Shown: positions 54,312 through 54,599 of the stretch, one piece after another
How positions within the stretch are numbered: position 1 is the first letter of the stretch
Layout: each line of letters starts with the position of its first letter
Origin: Bacteroidota bacterium
GTDB taxonomy: Bacteria; Bacteroidota; Bacteroidia; Chitinophagales; Chitinophagaceae
Length of the DNA: 54,599 bases
Assembly: GCA_005788265.1 (NCBI GenBank)
Contig: SXYR01000101.1
Span: 1 to 54,599, forward strand
Reading direction: 5' to 3'
Program-made: the position numbers and the translations under genes
Notes under the pieces: generated by a model
What the model saw: the letters and a program-made list of their open reading frames with translations, nothing else
The model's database searches: none
What the model was told of the DNA's origin: nothing

Positions 54312-54599
54312 ATGGTGAATACAGTCATCAAACTTGAAGACATCCGAAAGAGCTATTTCATGGGAAAGCAGGAACTCCAGGTACTGAAAGGAATTACATT
54401 GGATATCTTAAAAAATGAATATGTGGCTTTGATGGGACCCTCCGGATCAGGTAAAAGTACTTTGATGAACATCCTTGGTTGTCTTGATTCTCCCAGTGAT
54501 GGAAAATACATTCTGAATGGTCATGATGTTAGTACGATGTTGGACAATGAGCTTGCAGAAATAAGAAACAAAGAAATTGGATTTGTATTTCAGCAGTTC
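54312..54599 (+). CDS. ABC transporter ATP-binding protein (MacB/LolD-like), truncated by window edge
   Basis: Manual translation [18 protein letters not shown]...[21 protein letters not shown]...[12 protein letters not shown]: Walker A and Q-loop. Confidence 0.92.
   Translation, partial: MVNTVIKLEDIRKSYFMGKQELQVLKGITLDILKNEYVALMGPSGSGKSTLMNILGCLDSPSDGKYILNGHDVSTMLDNELAEIRNKEIGFVFQQF

Overview
A 54.6 kb stretch of core chromosome from a Bacteroidota bacterium. The phylum call rests on sprA, TAnnTTTG-type promoters and a DUF4105/Lnb-like gene; Chitinophagaceae-like is an inference from gene content. The window is densely packed with about 50 intact CDSs and one tRNA-Glu(TTC). Functions cover glycolysis (gap, pgk), translation (pth, rplY, def, trpS, gatC), folate, queuosine and pterin metabolism (folD, queE, folE, two PTPS/QueD paralogs), futalosine-type menaquinone synthesis (mqnB, mqnD, a UbiA/MqnP-like gene), the T9SS translocon SprA, and fatty-acid and DNA-repair genes. 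Two edge genes are missing from the ORF track: a Zn-dependent dehydrogenase at 1-242 (minus) and an ABC ATPase from 54312 to the end. I see no mobile element, CRISPR array, prophage or frameshifted gene. Most notable observations: (1) the radC-pepP intergenic region is almost entirely a 7-nt-periodic inverted array centred on a promoter-like box, with a related perfect 20-bp palindrome at 7593-7612; (2) promoter -7 boxes sit either 3-4 nt or 14-20 nt from start codons, which predicts frequent leaderless mRNAs; (3) the glucan phosphorylase has Thr in place of the PLP-binding Lys; (4) an uncharacterised outer-membrane gene pair includes a ComEA-like HhH fused to a probable beta-barrel; (5) queE is coupled to a TPR-PD40-OmpA protein; (6) an AmgK-like kinase is fused to a RapZ C-terminal domain. 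All calls come from motif reading; no searches were run.
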